From the NCBI GenBank assembly GCA_965153455.1, contig OZ234494.1, positions 10,416,001-10,480,000 of the forward strand: a stretch of DNA of 64,000 bases. Reading direction: 5' to 3'. This document shows, in pieces, positions 24,910-37,265 of this stretch (its first letter is position 1; each line of letters begins with the position of its first letter). The notes below the pieces were generated by a model. It searched no databases. It was not told the DNA's origin and saw only the letters and a list, made by a program, of their open reading frames with translations. The DNA is from Sphagnum compactum. Taxonomy: Eukaryota. The position numbers were made by a program, and so were the translations under genes.

Positions 24910-25354
24910 TATTGGGATGGGTGACCTTACAGGAGGTTTAATCCATGGGCTTCTGAGTCCAAGTTTAAAAATTTCCTTGGGGTTGTACATAGGCCCCTAA
25001 AGAATCCTACTCAAGAAAGTGAAGGTACCACCAGAGTACGTGCCAGCCACGCCCCATGGCTAGGCTTCAAACCAGTTAAAAACCCGGACCAGGGAACCTC
25101 AGTTACCAGGGAGTCTTGAGCATTGCTTAGGCATAGAGCCTGAATGACTCTCCTTGGAGGATCACGTCCTTTGGTAGAGACCTAAGCAAAGAAGCTAAGG
25201 TCCTTGGGTAGAGTCCTAAGCAGGTAGATTCCAGACTCCAGTCACTCAAATTTAACTCAAAATTTTCCAAACACTGCTTCTAACTGGTTACTATTGGGCC
25301 CCTGTGCCATTGACCCAAGTATAGTAAACCTCCGGTAAGGTGGTCATCCCAATA
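24910..25354. mobile_element. About 445-bp element bounded by ~30-bp imperfect inverted repeats (MITE or solo-LTR-like)
   Basis: tattgggatgggtgaccttacaggaggttta / taaacctccggtaaggtggtcatcccaata; possibly TA-flanked. Confidence 0.6.
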
Positions 25355-26804
25355 ATATATGCAAGTACAAAGTGCGCTAAAATTCAAAATTCTTATGGAA
25401 CACCTTGCTAAATTAAATTTAAAACTGATTTCCAAAGACAAAAAAGCCAAATTCCAGAGATGAAAAATCACTCTAAAATCACCAACTCTAAACTAAATAC
25501 CTTTTGCTCCCTTGGTTTGAAAATTGTGAAATGACAATCATGCAACACAGGCCCCACTGTTGGAGAGAGTGATGATTTACAATGTGGCCACATCCAAAGG
25601 AAACAAACACCTATCTTGATATGTATTTAGAATTTCTCTAAGTCATGTACTAGGTCAGTCAAAACAAATAAAACGGTAATCTGTGGATCTGTCCCTAAAC
25701 CTACTTCTGTAGGGGCGGTGCACCTAAGTACTTAGCCATAAACACAACTGCATCATAAGGTCAGAGGAAGATTTACAAGGCCACCTGCTATGTCAAGAAA
25801 GAAAGAAAGAAAAAACCCAAAACACCCATTTCTCAAGAAATTGTAAACACTAATGATTTGTCTCAAAGGACAAATCCAAAAAACCCATAAGCACCCTTTC
25901 TCTCCCACACAACCAAATAACTGAAAAACCACTCCAGAGAATTGAGATTCAAACCACTCCAGAGAGAGTGAGCTTTTCAAGCCTTGCCTTGCCCTTGCCC
26001 AAGCCTTCTTGACTTTCCCAAACCAAAAGAAGAGAAAGATTGACACAAGAACCCAAACACTAGTTTAATGTACACCATATTTTACAACAGCCTGCAAAGA
26101 AAATTTTGCTTCAGAGGAGTAGTAGTACTTAAGACTCTAGAGTAATTTCGATATCACTGCGGCAGCAGATTTTTAAAATGTAAGCCAGGGGAAGAAAACT
26201 AACTTGCTTAGTTTTGAAGAAGTTCGCAAGCCCTTCTTGCTTGTGAAAGCGACTCAGAGAGCTTTGCTGCGGCTCTTGGTTGCTTCTCTCCCCACCAAGA
26301 AGACTGTCTTCTTCGATTCCTCTAATAATAACTACCTCTATTCTGTATTTATACAACAGCGAAACGATCGATCTGCGACGTAAGAAGAGCGTTCCTTCTT
26401 TCGTTTCTTTTGTAGTACTCTAACGACGCTCTTGCCACACCGCACAAATCAGCCTCGCGACTTCTACTTTGGTCGTGACTCGTGATCCCCTTCCCTCCTC
26501 CCCCGCGCGAAGTTCTTTTTTACAAAACAGAATCAAATTCTCGGCTGATTCATGTCCAGAAACGCGCTTTGCGTGATTACTACCTGGGTGGCTTGCTTCT
26601 CTTCCAACAGGCACGAATTACTGAGGAAAGCAATCTCCCTGAACAAAAACAACTACTACTACTCCGTTCTGTTAAGAACTTGGCTGTGTAAACGGGAATT
26701 TACATGGAGAAGATCGATGGCATCAAAGCTTGAAGAAAGTCGTACTCTCCTCGCTCGAATCGCCTTTCTCTGGTCGTCGTTCATGCTGCTGCAATTCTCT
26801 CTCC

Positions 26805-27341
26805 CTAATGTTGCAAGATTGACGTTGCGGAGTTTTTCGGCAGATGAAAGCGAGGACTAGATGGCAGATTCAATGCCGGATTGAGTATCCGTCGTGTCTC
26901 CCACACCAGCGGAGGAGGAGGAGGAGGAGGAGAGTGACTGGCACTGCGTGTGCTGGTGCCGAGAGGAGAGGGAGAGACAGGCCTGGGCGTGGACGTCGCA
27001 CTTGTGAATAGATCCTCCGCTTGAGAAGAAGCAGCAGCAGCGAGATGGCTTGTCACAAACCTATCCGTTGGAGGATCCAGCGACTCTCTCACATCCTCCG
27101 CAAGAAACCGATCTTCAACGCGCAGCCGTAGCACGCAGCTGTGGAGGACAGGGGATTCGCTTTCCGGAATTTTTAGTACAGAGACTCCCTTGTTGATCTT
27201 CCTTGATGCTACTCGGCTGCTGCTGTTAGGACGAGCTGCTCCAGAGGCTGAAGACGTCGTAGGAAGAAGAAAACTCGGGACTCCGGACCCCCCGTCGCCT
27301 TGCGTGACCGTCTGCTGAGGTTGTTGTTCTCCTGACGCCAT
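26805..27341 (-). CDS. Hypothetical Ser/Pro-rich protein, 178 aa, no recognisable domain
   Basis: ATG in good context (caagccATGGCG) within a GC-rich island, giving an open 537-nt frame (MASGEQQPQQ...SILQH). It is flanked by leader-like CT/T-rich sequence and UTR-like sequence. Confidence 0.55.
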   Translation of the reverse strand: MASGEQQPQQTVTQGDGGSGVPSFLLPTTSSASGAARPNSSSRVASRKINKGVSVLKIPESESPVLHSCVLRLRVEDRFLAEDVRESLDPPTDRFVTSHLAAAASSQAEDLFTSATSTPRPVSPSPLGTSTRSASHSPPPPPPPLVWETRRILNPALNLPSSPRFHLPKNSATSILQH

Positions 27342-27680
27342 GGCTTGTAGATGAAAGACAGAAGCGTGACTGGCCCCCAAAACAAAAACAGAAACACAGT
27401 GATCTCTCTGCCACTATGCTTTTGCAATTCCAAACTGACTGTAGAAATTCTGTGAGTGAGTGAGATCTTTTCTGGAAAGCACAGATAAATGAACTCTACT
27501 TTCGCACTCCAAACTATGGCCTACAATTCATTAATTCTCAAACGATCTGTCGCTACGAACATGATGGCAATCTCCAATTCCTAACAAAGAAACCGCCGTT
27601 CATCTCTAGTTCGTGCACAAACAGGAAAAAAAAGAAGACAAACCACGCTGTAGGACAAAACGAAAAAAAAAGAAAAAAGA

Positions 27681-27960
27681 AAACTGCACAGAAGAGAAAT
27701 CCAGATTCAAACGATACTTAATTACTCCCCAGTGAACGCAACCACTTCGTTTCTTGGCGTTTCTTGATAGCAGCAACAATGAACAAACCCCGCATGCGAG
27801 AAGAGAAGGAAAAACAAAAACAAACCAAAAACTGCAGAGAAGAGAAAATCCAGATTCAAACGATACTTAATGACTCCCGAGCGACCGCAACGACTTCGTT
27901 TCTTGGCGTTTCTTGACAGGCTAGCAGCAACGACGAGCAAATCCCGTTTGAGAGAAGAAA
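27681..27960. repeat. About 150-bp tandem duplication in the putative 5' leader of the 27341 ORF
   Basis: aaactgca..aagagaaa.tccagattcaaacgatacttaat.actccc...cttcgtttcttggcgtttcttga..gcagcaac at 27681 and 27829. Confidence 0.85.
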
Positions 27961-28211
27961 CAACGCCTGAATGAAAGAAAAAGGCCACAGGTGTGCGGGC
28001 GGGAAGGAAGGTGGGGGAGAATTGTGCAGACACGGCAAGCAAGAAAGAAAGACGATGGTGCACCAGCAGCAGCAGCAGCGGAAAGAAAAGAAAGGCTGCT
28101 TGTGTGTGGGATTCTTTTCAAGTTTCAACGGCATGCGGAAAAGACAGGAAATTAAGAACACAAACAAGAGCATAACCGACAACTACTTAGGACGAACGGT
28201 AATACCCTAGT

Positions 28212-29790
28212 CAGGGTTTTTTTTTTCTTTTTTTTCCCAAATTCCTCAAGTAAGGGCATTGGCGAGAATCCCCAGCATTAATTAGCATTAACTGGCGACT
28301 GTAGGAACTCACTGTCTAAATCTGGCGACTTCTAAAATTTCCTCAAAATATGTCAAAATATGCAGACTTTCTGTATATATTTATTTATTTATTTGAAAAC
28401 CCATTGTGGAATTCGCACTGGCCTTTCAAAAAATCCGCCCAGAAAAAAACACTGGCCATGGCCGTAGTACCTTTTCAGGTTGGACAGTAATTAAATTATT
28501 TTTTAAATGTGAATTTTTAAAGAAATTACAACGGAGGGAAAAATACAAAATTTGGTGGAAACCTAGGTTTCTTTGCCATAAATTGCTGAAATTCCATAAA
28601 TTATTATATAAACTTCTGAAGTGGATTTTTAAAAATAAAATAATTATTTGGCACCTGAGTGCTGAACCTGAAAAGTTACTACGGTACCTACATAACGCAG
28701 TAACGAAGCTGGAATCTGCAAGTGGGGGAGCTCTGAAGGAAATAGAGGAAATGAATTATTGGGTGGAATGTTTTTGCCATTTTGCCAAAAATATTTTCAG
28801 AAAATAAAAAAATCTGTTACAAATTCGCTGCTTTGGTGAAATGTCGACAAAATTGCTTATCATGAAAGGGTGCTAAAGATTTTATACTTTAAAAAAATTT
28901 CGAATATCAACATATTTGGCTAAATATAATTATGGACTATCACCACTTGAGAACATCACACAAAAAAATTTAAGAAAAAGAAATTGCTTGGAGGAAGTGT
29001 TGTTTTTTGGTGACAAAATTTCACAGATTTTGTGATTTTGGGGGATTTGTTTTCACCATTTAGCCACATCTAGACCTAGGCACTTCCTGGTTCATAGTGG
29101 CCATTTTGTAAAAAACTATAGGCCACCCAGGATAGTTGCCATTTAATGCTAACAATGCTGGGATCCTCACCAGTGGGCCTACTTGAGGAATTTCAAAAAA
29201 CATTAACCTTGTTGAGAGGTGCTTTCTTTTAGGGGTTTTCTTTGTTTGTGGCTAAAGTGGCCATCATCCATAGAACTTGTAGTGTGTTTTTTTGGGTGTG
29301 AATTTTTGTCAAAATGTGAAAAATGCAGGTAAATATAAATTCTGTTTTTTTAAAAAAAATTATGGAATTTTTTGGGCTAAATGTCAGGAAAAATAACATT
29401 TGGGAAGTTTTTTTGCCACATTTGCAATATCATCAAATTTGGTTAAATATGCTTATGGATGATGGCTATTTGAGCGACATCACAAAACTGAAAACAAAAA
29501 TCACTGAGAGGAAGATGGGAAAAAATAAAATGGCAACCATCCATAAGAAGATGTAGCCAAAATCTGGCAATAAATCAGAACTAAGGTACAAATCTTTAAT
29601 AATCTTTCTATATTTTTGGCTATGCACTGAAAACCAGAGATACAAATATGGTGATTTTTGTAATTTAAACAAAACCCTAACTTCTGGCGACTGAAAACCT
29701 CTAAAACTACTTCATTTTCAATTTTTTTATTTTTAATTGCTCTTTTTGGTGAATGTATTTTTTCTGTCAATAAAAAGAAGGCTGGTACTG
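28212..29790. repeat. Cluster of high-copy short interspersed (hAT-MITE-like) repeats; related copies at about 8800-9010, 32340-32600, 35180-35400 and 37735-38030
   Basis: Recurrent aaatttggcta.ata..cttatggatgat.gccacttgagc..catcacaaaattgaaaaaaa and cag[t/g]gttttt..aaaaacactg ends. Confidence 0.65.
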
Positions 29791-30807
29791 CTTAGTATAT
29801 TCTGACTGGGGGTAGGCTTGTGAGCCTTTTGGCAATCATCCCAGACACGTCCCCTACAAAACAAGCAATGCTCCAATCACTTCTCCCATCCTGTAGACAT
29901 GATTACAAGTCATTGATGATTAGGTCATTGCGAGTTTTGACTCCGGTTTTTTTGGGGCACTTGCCAAAAAACCTAAGTTTTGGGCGGTCGGGGTCTCTGG
30001 GGAGGAGGGGGCCGTTCAAAACCTCAGAGATTGTCCCAAGTGTATGTTTCTACAAACGGAAATGTTCACAGGAATTCGGCAAGAACTCAACAGCTATCTT
30101 TCAGGATCTTGTGAAATGAAAGAAATCTTCGATGGTGGAAGAACACATCTTCTGAAAATAATAAGGGTGGGTTTTTACACTGGAGAAGGGTAGGGCTGTT
30201 GGCTCTACCCTTCTTCTGTACACAAAATGCATGTGAGCATATAGTTTTCCAAAATACGCCACATTGTCTTGTTCCTATGACACACCTAATGGGTACTTCA
30301 CTTCCAGAAATCCCCACTCCGAGGGTATTATCAAGTGTAAAAATCAACCCATTTTTGAGGTTTGGTAACACCCTCAGAGTGGTGGGAGGGGGGAGTTCTG
30401 GAAGTGGAGTTGAGAGGCACTTACTTCCAAAACTCCCCACTCTGAGGCCATTACCCTATACTTTAACTATGGCCAAAGTGAACCCAGAGTCACGAGCACA
30501 CCATCCTTGCAAAGCCTGCTATGATTGGGTTGTGGGATGAACCCTGACTGAATTGTGAGATGCTCTCATTGGCTCAATGATTCCGTAACTCTTCACTGAT
30601 AACATTTTTCATAATCGCTCTTTTTTCAACCTTTTTTCATCCACACAAAGAGCAAGTATGAAATGTTATGAAATTGAGATCTCAATTTTGATCATGGATA
30701 ATTATGTCCGGTTATTGGTGAGAGGCTGCTGCTTATTGCAAATAGTGGACACATGTGTACCTTCACTATTTTTGGAGAAGGCCTTTTTTACTCAATAAAG
30801 CCCTTGG

Positions 30808-30909
30808 CCACAAGAGTTACCAGACTCGAACCCATTCTCGACTCCACCTCATATGAGCCCTTATTCTGGTTTAAGTCAAAAATGGGTTCGAGTCTGGTAA
30901 CTCTTGTGG
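30808..30909. repeat. 102-bp hairpin with perfect 29-bp arms
   Basis: ccacaagagttaccagactcgaacccatt (30808-30836) / aatgggttcgagtctggtaactcttgtgg (30881-30909). Confidence 0.9.
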
Positions 30910-33900
30910 ACTCACCCCCCACACGTAAACCCCAATTATGTTTTTCTGCATGTGACATACAGACATTGGAGATATCCACAAGTAATGAAAACAAAGTACC
31001 AGTTCCCCCATTTGGTCATAAAGGGAGTGAGATTTTTCTGAAAAATAGTGAAAAAGTACATTAGGCTTCAACAGGGAATACAATTCAGATTAGCACCAAA
31101 GTTTGTGAAATTTGATTTTTTTTTGTTTTTGCATGATTGCCTTCAATCAATCATTGTTGTGTGTACTGCACCTCGAAATATATATTATTTTCGAACCTCG
31201 TGCATTTAATGATGAGCTCCAGCATATATAATACCCATATTTAATAAAATTTCATTACTTTGCAAATGACCGCGATTAAAGGTTGAAAGAAAGGTTGAGA
31301 GATGAAAGACGGGCCCAAAAGGGGGGGGGGGGGAGTGAGTTTACAGATATCTCAATTCTCCCCAAATATTTACAGGGTCAAATAGACAATCTCTGCAAAG
31401 GTAACCGACACTTGGAACAGAAAAGTGATCTGCACTCACATGGGCAAGAGAAATTTCAAACGGTGATTTCTTTCTTTTGCTTTTTGAAAATATTTTATAC
31501 TCACCAATGTTGGGTGTAATTGTATGTTTGGGCTCAAAATATAAGATAGATAGAAGTGCCTCGTCTTTCAAATCCCTGCAAGTGTATCATAAAGTTTGAG
31601 GAGTGGGGCCATTCCCAAAGGATTGGGCGGAGGACTTTGAGAATATACCTCGCTCGTCCTTTGGCTTTACACAGGGGAAAGCACAAGGCAAAGGTTATCA
31701 TGAACTTAACAAAGGTGTAAATCACACGGCATAAGAGAGGGGACAGTTCTCAGACCTCCTTAAGATTGGGAGGTATATATATTATGTTTACTCAAACATA
31801 TCAGTGTAGGGTGACTCTTGAGAAGAGCGGTCACCTGAGTTGGAGTCAAGGGGTGCTTTTACTTTGACAACTCCCTCACTTCAAGGATGTTATGGAGTGT
31901 AGAAACGACAAATTATTTATTATCATTATTATTTCTTGTGTTGCCCAGTAGGTCTCACGGGAAAAATGAGAAAAATGATGGTGGGCATTTGGTTTTCTGA
32001 AGTGGTCGCCTCTTACACTCAACGCATTATCTATGAGGGATATTCATCAATATAAGGTGCCATCCAAATATACTAGGAAATTTCTCCAAGTGCTTCGACA
32101 AGGGTATTATGCTCTGAATTCAAATACTGTGTAGTCAATTGCAAGCATGGCCACAAAACAAGTCATATATTGCAGACATTCAACTAGGTAGCAACTTGTG
32201 CTACATAGCTTACTTACATTGCTTTTTAAAAGCCGTATTGTACACTTGACCTCCATCTTCAATTAAATCAAAGGTTACTTTACAGTCCTTGTTATTTCTT
32301 GTTATGCCACCAGTTAAATGTCAAAATTTGGACTCTGAGGAAGTGATTTTTATTGGTGGGAAATTTTCATCATTTTGAAAAACAATTAAAAGAAATATTC
32401 TGTCACAAATTCCCTTGACCTGGAAAAACATTTACCCCAAAAAAACCACTAAAATAATTGCCGCAATTGCCTACAATATGAAAGGGTGCTTAAGATTTTC
32501 TACTTTCATATTTTGAATATTGCCAAATTTGGCTACATATACTTATGGATGATTGCCACTTGAGCAGCATCACAAAATTGAAGGAAAAAAAAAACATGCT
32601 GCTCAGAGGCAGCTTTTGTTGTTTTACCCTCATAGATGTCAAATTTGGAGTGAAGTCTTAGTTTTGTTATCAATTGGATAAATGTCAAAATCTAAACTTG
32701 AAGGCCTTGGTTTAGTCTTGGAGTAGCTCCATTCATACCTCTTAATTGGGCCTCCACTAATATTTATCTCATTTAACATTGAGATGTTTATTTCACTATT
32801 TCTATCGTCTAACATATAGAGATGTTTTATTAGGGAGAATTGAGCATTATTTCCCAATTCTCCCTAAGAAACATGAAAAATGAGATGACATATAATGTGA
32901 GAGACTATTCAAATACAATCACTTAAGTCAATCATTATAGACTCACTTGAGTCAATCATTCACCATGGCAGTCACCAGTAGTGGTTACTTTGGGGGCAGG
33001 TCTTCAGTTTTGGTCTCAACTCTAGAGTTTTTTTTTTTCTTTCCTTCCCCACTTTTCATGGGTCCAAAGTCCCAAGACAAGACTCACTTTGCCAAGGAGG
33101 TCCATAAGTTGGTGTTCTAGGGTTTAGGCCGGGGGAAGGGGGGGGTGGTGGAGAATTCAAACCAAAAAGAAAGGGAAAAAGGGGGAAAAAAAAAAAGTAA
33201 GGAAAGGTGAACCGTGCTGGCGCATCCGTTGCACTTGCTTTGCATGTTTTTCTTTCTCATGGGAGAAGGGAATGGAGGGGTGGGGGTAGGTGGAAGAGGA
33301 TGGTTTCATAATAATAAATGGAAACTTTTTTAATTCAAAGAAAACAAGCATGGCATAAAATTTCTAACGTATCTAGAAGGCACATTATCAAGAGGATTTT
33401 TTTCCTTTGCAAAAATGCGAAAAAGGGTCAGCCATTTCTATTTTTTTTATAAATGCCTCGCCCTCTTTTTTTTTCTTGTGATACCTACCCTCCGCTTCAA
33501 GTATCAATGGGGAAAAAATAAAAGAAAAAAAGAAAAAATTGGCCGGTGGTTTACGTCAGATAACGCCCCCACTCTTGGGGTGTTACCCTACTCTTTTTTC
33601 TAATTTATTATTTTTTTAAAAAAGAAACACACTTTTGTCTCTTGGAAACACCTGAAGAAAGAGAATTAGATAAATTCTTTGTCCACGTGCTGCTTCTTGA
33701 TTGGGCATGCCGTGCACCCAAAAGGCCAACGCGATGGTCGGGTAAAGGATAGCAAATTGCGCCACACTCCCACAAACAGTGTTGACTAGATGATGCCACC
33801 AGTCAATAACCACCAATCGAATTCCTCCACGTCGACTATGAGATACTGCCGCCTTTACACGGATAGGATTGCCCCACAAGACGAAAGGGCAAAAAAACAT

Positions 33901-35584
33901 ACACTGTCGTTATACATTAGCCAATGGCGAGCTTCCTACTGGATTTCTTGCCAGATTTGGCAATAGCTTGCTATACTTCAAATGGATTAAATTGTTTTAT
34001 TAGTATTAATTTAATTTAATTTAAGTGGGGGTTCGATAACTGACCGCCCAATAATAATATTTTTTGTGGATTTAATTTGAACACATGGATTTTTTTGAAA
34101 ATTTGGAGGTTTTGAAAAATGTAATGAATAATATAATATTATTAATAAGAGAGAACTTTGTGTTATATGTGTGTGTCTATTTTGTCTAGCACGTGTCACT
34201 ATTAGGCTTAGGTTCAAATGGCTTTGGACTTGCATTGAAGCGTTTGATTTTACTAATTTTTGTAGATTTTTCATTCTATGTAATATGGGCTGAATTATTT
34301 TTTTAAATCGGAAAATCAATTTATTAGTTTATTTCATGCAAAAGCCATTCATGTACTAGGACCCTATAAATGACCATTTTTTTTGAGGGGGGGGGACAAA
34401 TCTTGTCGTTTTATCAACAAAATATTGGGGAATTATTTTTTTCCTAGTCTAAATTTGTCTAATTTTACTAAATTTGTGAGAAAAAAATTCGCCAATTCTT
34501 TTAATAAAAATTTGGTGAAAAAAAGAAAGAAAGCAAAAAAAAAAAGAAAAAAAACTGATTAGGGCTAGAACTTCAACTTCGTACAAGTATTCAAGTTAGT
34601 AGTACAATTATTATTATTTAATTTTTTCCTATTAGGTTGCGAGAAATTGTTATTAATTAGGGTTTAGGTTTCTGAATGGTTTGCTTGTTTGGAGGAGACG
34701 GCATTTTTTTGTTCACACGTTTCCGACCTCCGCCGTGGGAAAGCGGAGGAGAAGATTCAGAAACGGGCCGGCTATTTTGCTGACGTGTCTGCTTGGATTG
34801 GCTCCGCCGTGCGGACATTTGTGAGCCTTTTTTGATTGGGCCGTATTCGTCAGGTAGGTTTTTTTTTCGGTTTGTCTGGCGGCACTTGAGTCATCACCCT
34901 TGACCCTGCACACCCACGAGGGACTAACTTTAACCACGGTGTGACCGTTAGTTTATCTGCGGTGACTGTTCGTTACTTGCAAGGGCCCGCGGTCCCTGAC
35001 AAGGGAGAGAGTGTATGTGTCTGAAAAAGGAGGAAAATATCCGGCCGGAAAATCCAGGTTTGGTTCGGTGTCTACAAATATAAATATGGTTATCAACTAA
35101 TCAAAAAAAAAGTCCAAAATTGCCAATTATATCAATCATTTGATGAATCCCCCCCCCCCCCCCCCCCCCGCCACACAAAAAAAAGAAAATTATTCGAATT
35201 TACACTAGAAAAAACAAGAATTGGAATTGGTTTAGTTGCCAAAAAAATTGAATTTTTTGGGTCACAAATTAAGTGATTTTGGGGGAAATTTTCATCAATT
35301 TCAACACCTTTCGTATTTTGTTAATAGCCTAATTTGGCTCATGGATGATCATCACCTTAGGTACATCACCAAATTGAAAAAAAAACAGAAAAAACATTGG
35401 GACATTGTCATAAGTATGATAGGATTTACATTTTTTTGTAAAGCTGATCATACTAATGGGATGCTTGTCAAATGAATTTTATATAGAAGAAAGCCTTGAT
35501 ACCACGGGCATTACACCTGCTTTACTTTGGGCTTCACCCTTGAGTGGAGGTGTAATGCTTATTGCCAGGGCTTCCCCCTATACA

Positions 35585-35795
35585 TAAGTGTTTTATCGGG
35601 AAAGGTGGGGTGTGGGGGAGGACACGACGGGACGACGGCAGACCCAACTGACAAGCTATCGGCATTACCGCCAACTCAAGCCCAGTGGCAAAGAAAACAT
35701 CAAAGTGTTCACCTACTTACTCATCAACAAATTTGAACCCAAGACCTTTGTGATACCAAGGTTAGCAAGTCTAGTGCCCCTCTACGACTGGGTTT
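35585..35795 (-). mobile_element. Degenerate tRNA-derived SINE related to the 43.1-kb SINE
   Basis: B-box-like GGTTCAAAT. The body gggcttgagttggcgg..atagcttgtcagttgggtctgcc resembles ctgagcttgattgggggcg..atggcttgttggttgggcctgcc of the 43.1-kb copy. No TSD found. Confidence 0.5.
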
Positions 35796-35813
35796 AGGGT
35801 TTAAGGTTTAGGG
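35790..35813. repeat. Short interstitial plant-telomere-like (TTTAGGG) tract
   Basis: gggtttagggtttaaggtttaggg. Confidence 0.6.
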
Positions 35814-36462
35814 CATGCATGCTACTATGGTGGGCATTATGCTGGTATGGTGGGCACTATGTTTTCCATAATGCCGGCCATTCTAGCAGGAATGCCCACG
35901 GTGTATTCCCCATGTCTAAATGCATGCTGGCCAGGTTTTTTGGGGCCCTTGAATTTGCAGTCTTTGTGGCCGGTTCATCTCCCATTGGCCCTGGCCTCAG
36001 AAGGAGGAACTGGAGCTTCCTGTTTGCTTGTTTTGCACGATTTCTTGGTCTGCTCTCAAGACCTAGGGTCACTGTTTGGTCAGCTCCCGGGCCCTATGGT
36101 CGTACCTTAGGTGAAACTTCCATCTAGGGCTTTGCTAAAGAGTGATGTATCTTCTCAGCTTTTATAGAGCAGCTTACGCTTTGTGAACATCATTCCTTTT
36201 TCAAAATTATCTATGAAGGTTAAGGGACCCAAGTGTAGGGCCCCACAGGCCCATGCTCGTGTTCATGTGTTAAACTTTGAGCCCCTCAAGTGTGCCATAC
36301 CCCCCACACATAAAAAAACCTGTCACTGTTTGGCCTTTTATTAGTTAGTGCAATTTTGGGGTAGAATTGTGCTCCCTTCTTGATCACTGCCGGAAAGGGG
36401 TATTATGCTCATGACAACCCCTTCACAGCCAGATTTTACTATTCCAAACAGGTTTTTTAGTA

Positions 36463-36578
36463 TAGGAGAAGGACCTGAGTACAGGCCCTTCTGTGATTTG
36501 AGATCTGTGCCCAAGGCCAGTAGGCCAAGGGAACAGGTCAAAAAATCACAGAAGGGCCTGTACTCGATCCTTTTCCTA
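36463..36578. mobile_element. TA-flanked mini hairpin element (Stowaway-like), nested in a larger CTCCCTTC..GAAGGGAG-bounded unit (about 36372-36735)
   Basis: Perfect 23-bp arms gagtacaggcccttctgtgattt (36477-36499) / aaatcacagaagggcctgtactc (36543-36565), extended by taggagaagga / tccttttccta. Confidence 0.65.
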
Positions 36579-36861
36579 CGTAAAGCAGAGCTGGGATTTT
36601 TTCACTTTTCAGAAATATTGACAGGCTTGCTGGTACCTTCCTGCTGGTCAGAAGATCCAGTACATCCTGGCTGGTACCTTCCACCGCGAAAGATCCCACT
36701 CCCTGAAAACAGGTTTCTTCAGGCACGGAAGGGAGCTGAAAATACAAAGGAAAAATCCAGGCGGTGCTTTACGGAAGGGTAAGGGACTCCGTTGAGGGTA
36801 CTATGGTTGTAACTTCCCTACACCTTGGGTGCGTGGGGCCAAGGTGTCAGGAACTTACAAC

Positions 36862-37265
36862 TGGTGTTGGTCGGTTCTTGACTTTTATAAAGAACCTTCG
36901 ATTCCGTTTTTGGTCCAGTTCTTGGAAAAAAATGCATGTAAAATTCAGGTTTTGGTTTCGATTCCAGTAATGATTCGGAGTAACTTGGTCTGAACCTGCA
37001 GGTGGTTAACCGTCAGTTAACCCTCAGTTCTAGACTTTTTTTTCTCAAAAATATTTTATTTAAAAAAATTATGATTTCAGATCCAGTTCCGGTACCAGTT
37101 CCAGGTCCAATACCAGTTCAAAAGCCAGATCTGGTTCTAGACCCATTCCAGTTCTGGTTCCAGATATCAGACTTGATTCCAGTTCAATATTTAGTGATGG
37201 AAACCAGAATTGGCGGTTTTAACTGGCCAAACCAAACCGGGTAACTGGGTAACTGCCAAACAGTG
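36862..37265. mobile_element. Non-autonomous hAT-type element
   Basis: 8-bp TSD CTTACAAC (36854-36861 and 37266-37273), degenerate TIRs tggtgttgg / ccaaacagtg, and internal ccagttc/ggttc subterminal repeats. Confidence 0.7.

Noticed and set aside
27722-28182. Conserved-peptide uORFs upstream of the 27341 ORF
   Set aside because: The ORFs do not start with ATG and resemble no CPuORF I know. The repeated peptide is just the DNA duplication.
26100-28200. Known conserved plant miRNA precursor
   Set aside because: No match by eye to miR156/160/166/171/319/390/408/529/535/536 sequences, and no long hairpin seen.
34640-35815. Telomerase RNA gene suggested by AAACCCTA/TTTAGGG motifs
   Set aside because: No USE/TATA Pol III promoter or conserved land-plant TR blocks were recognised around the motifs.
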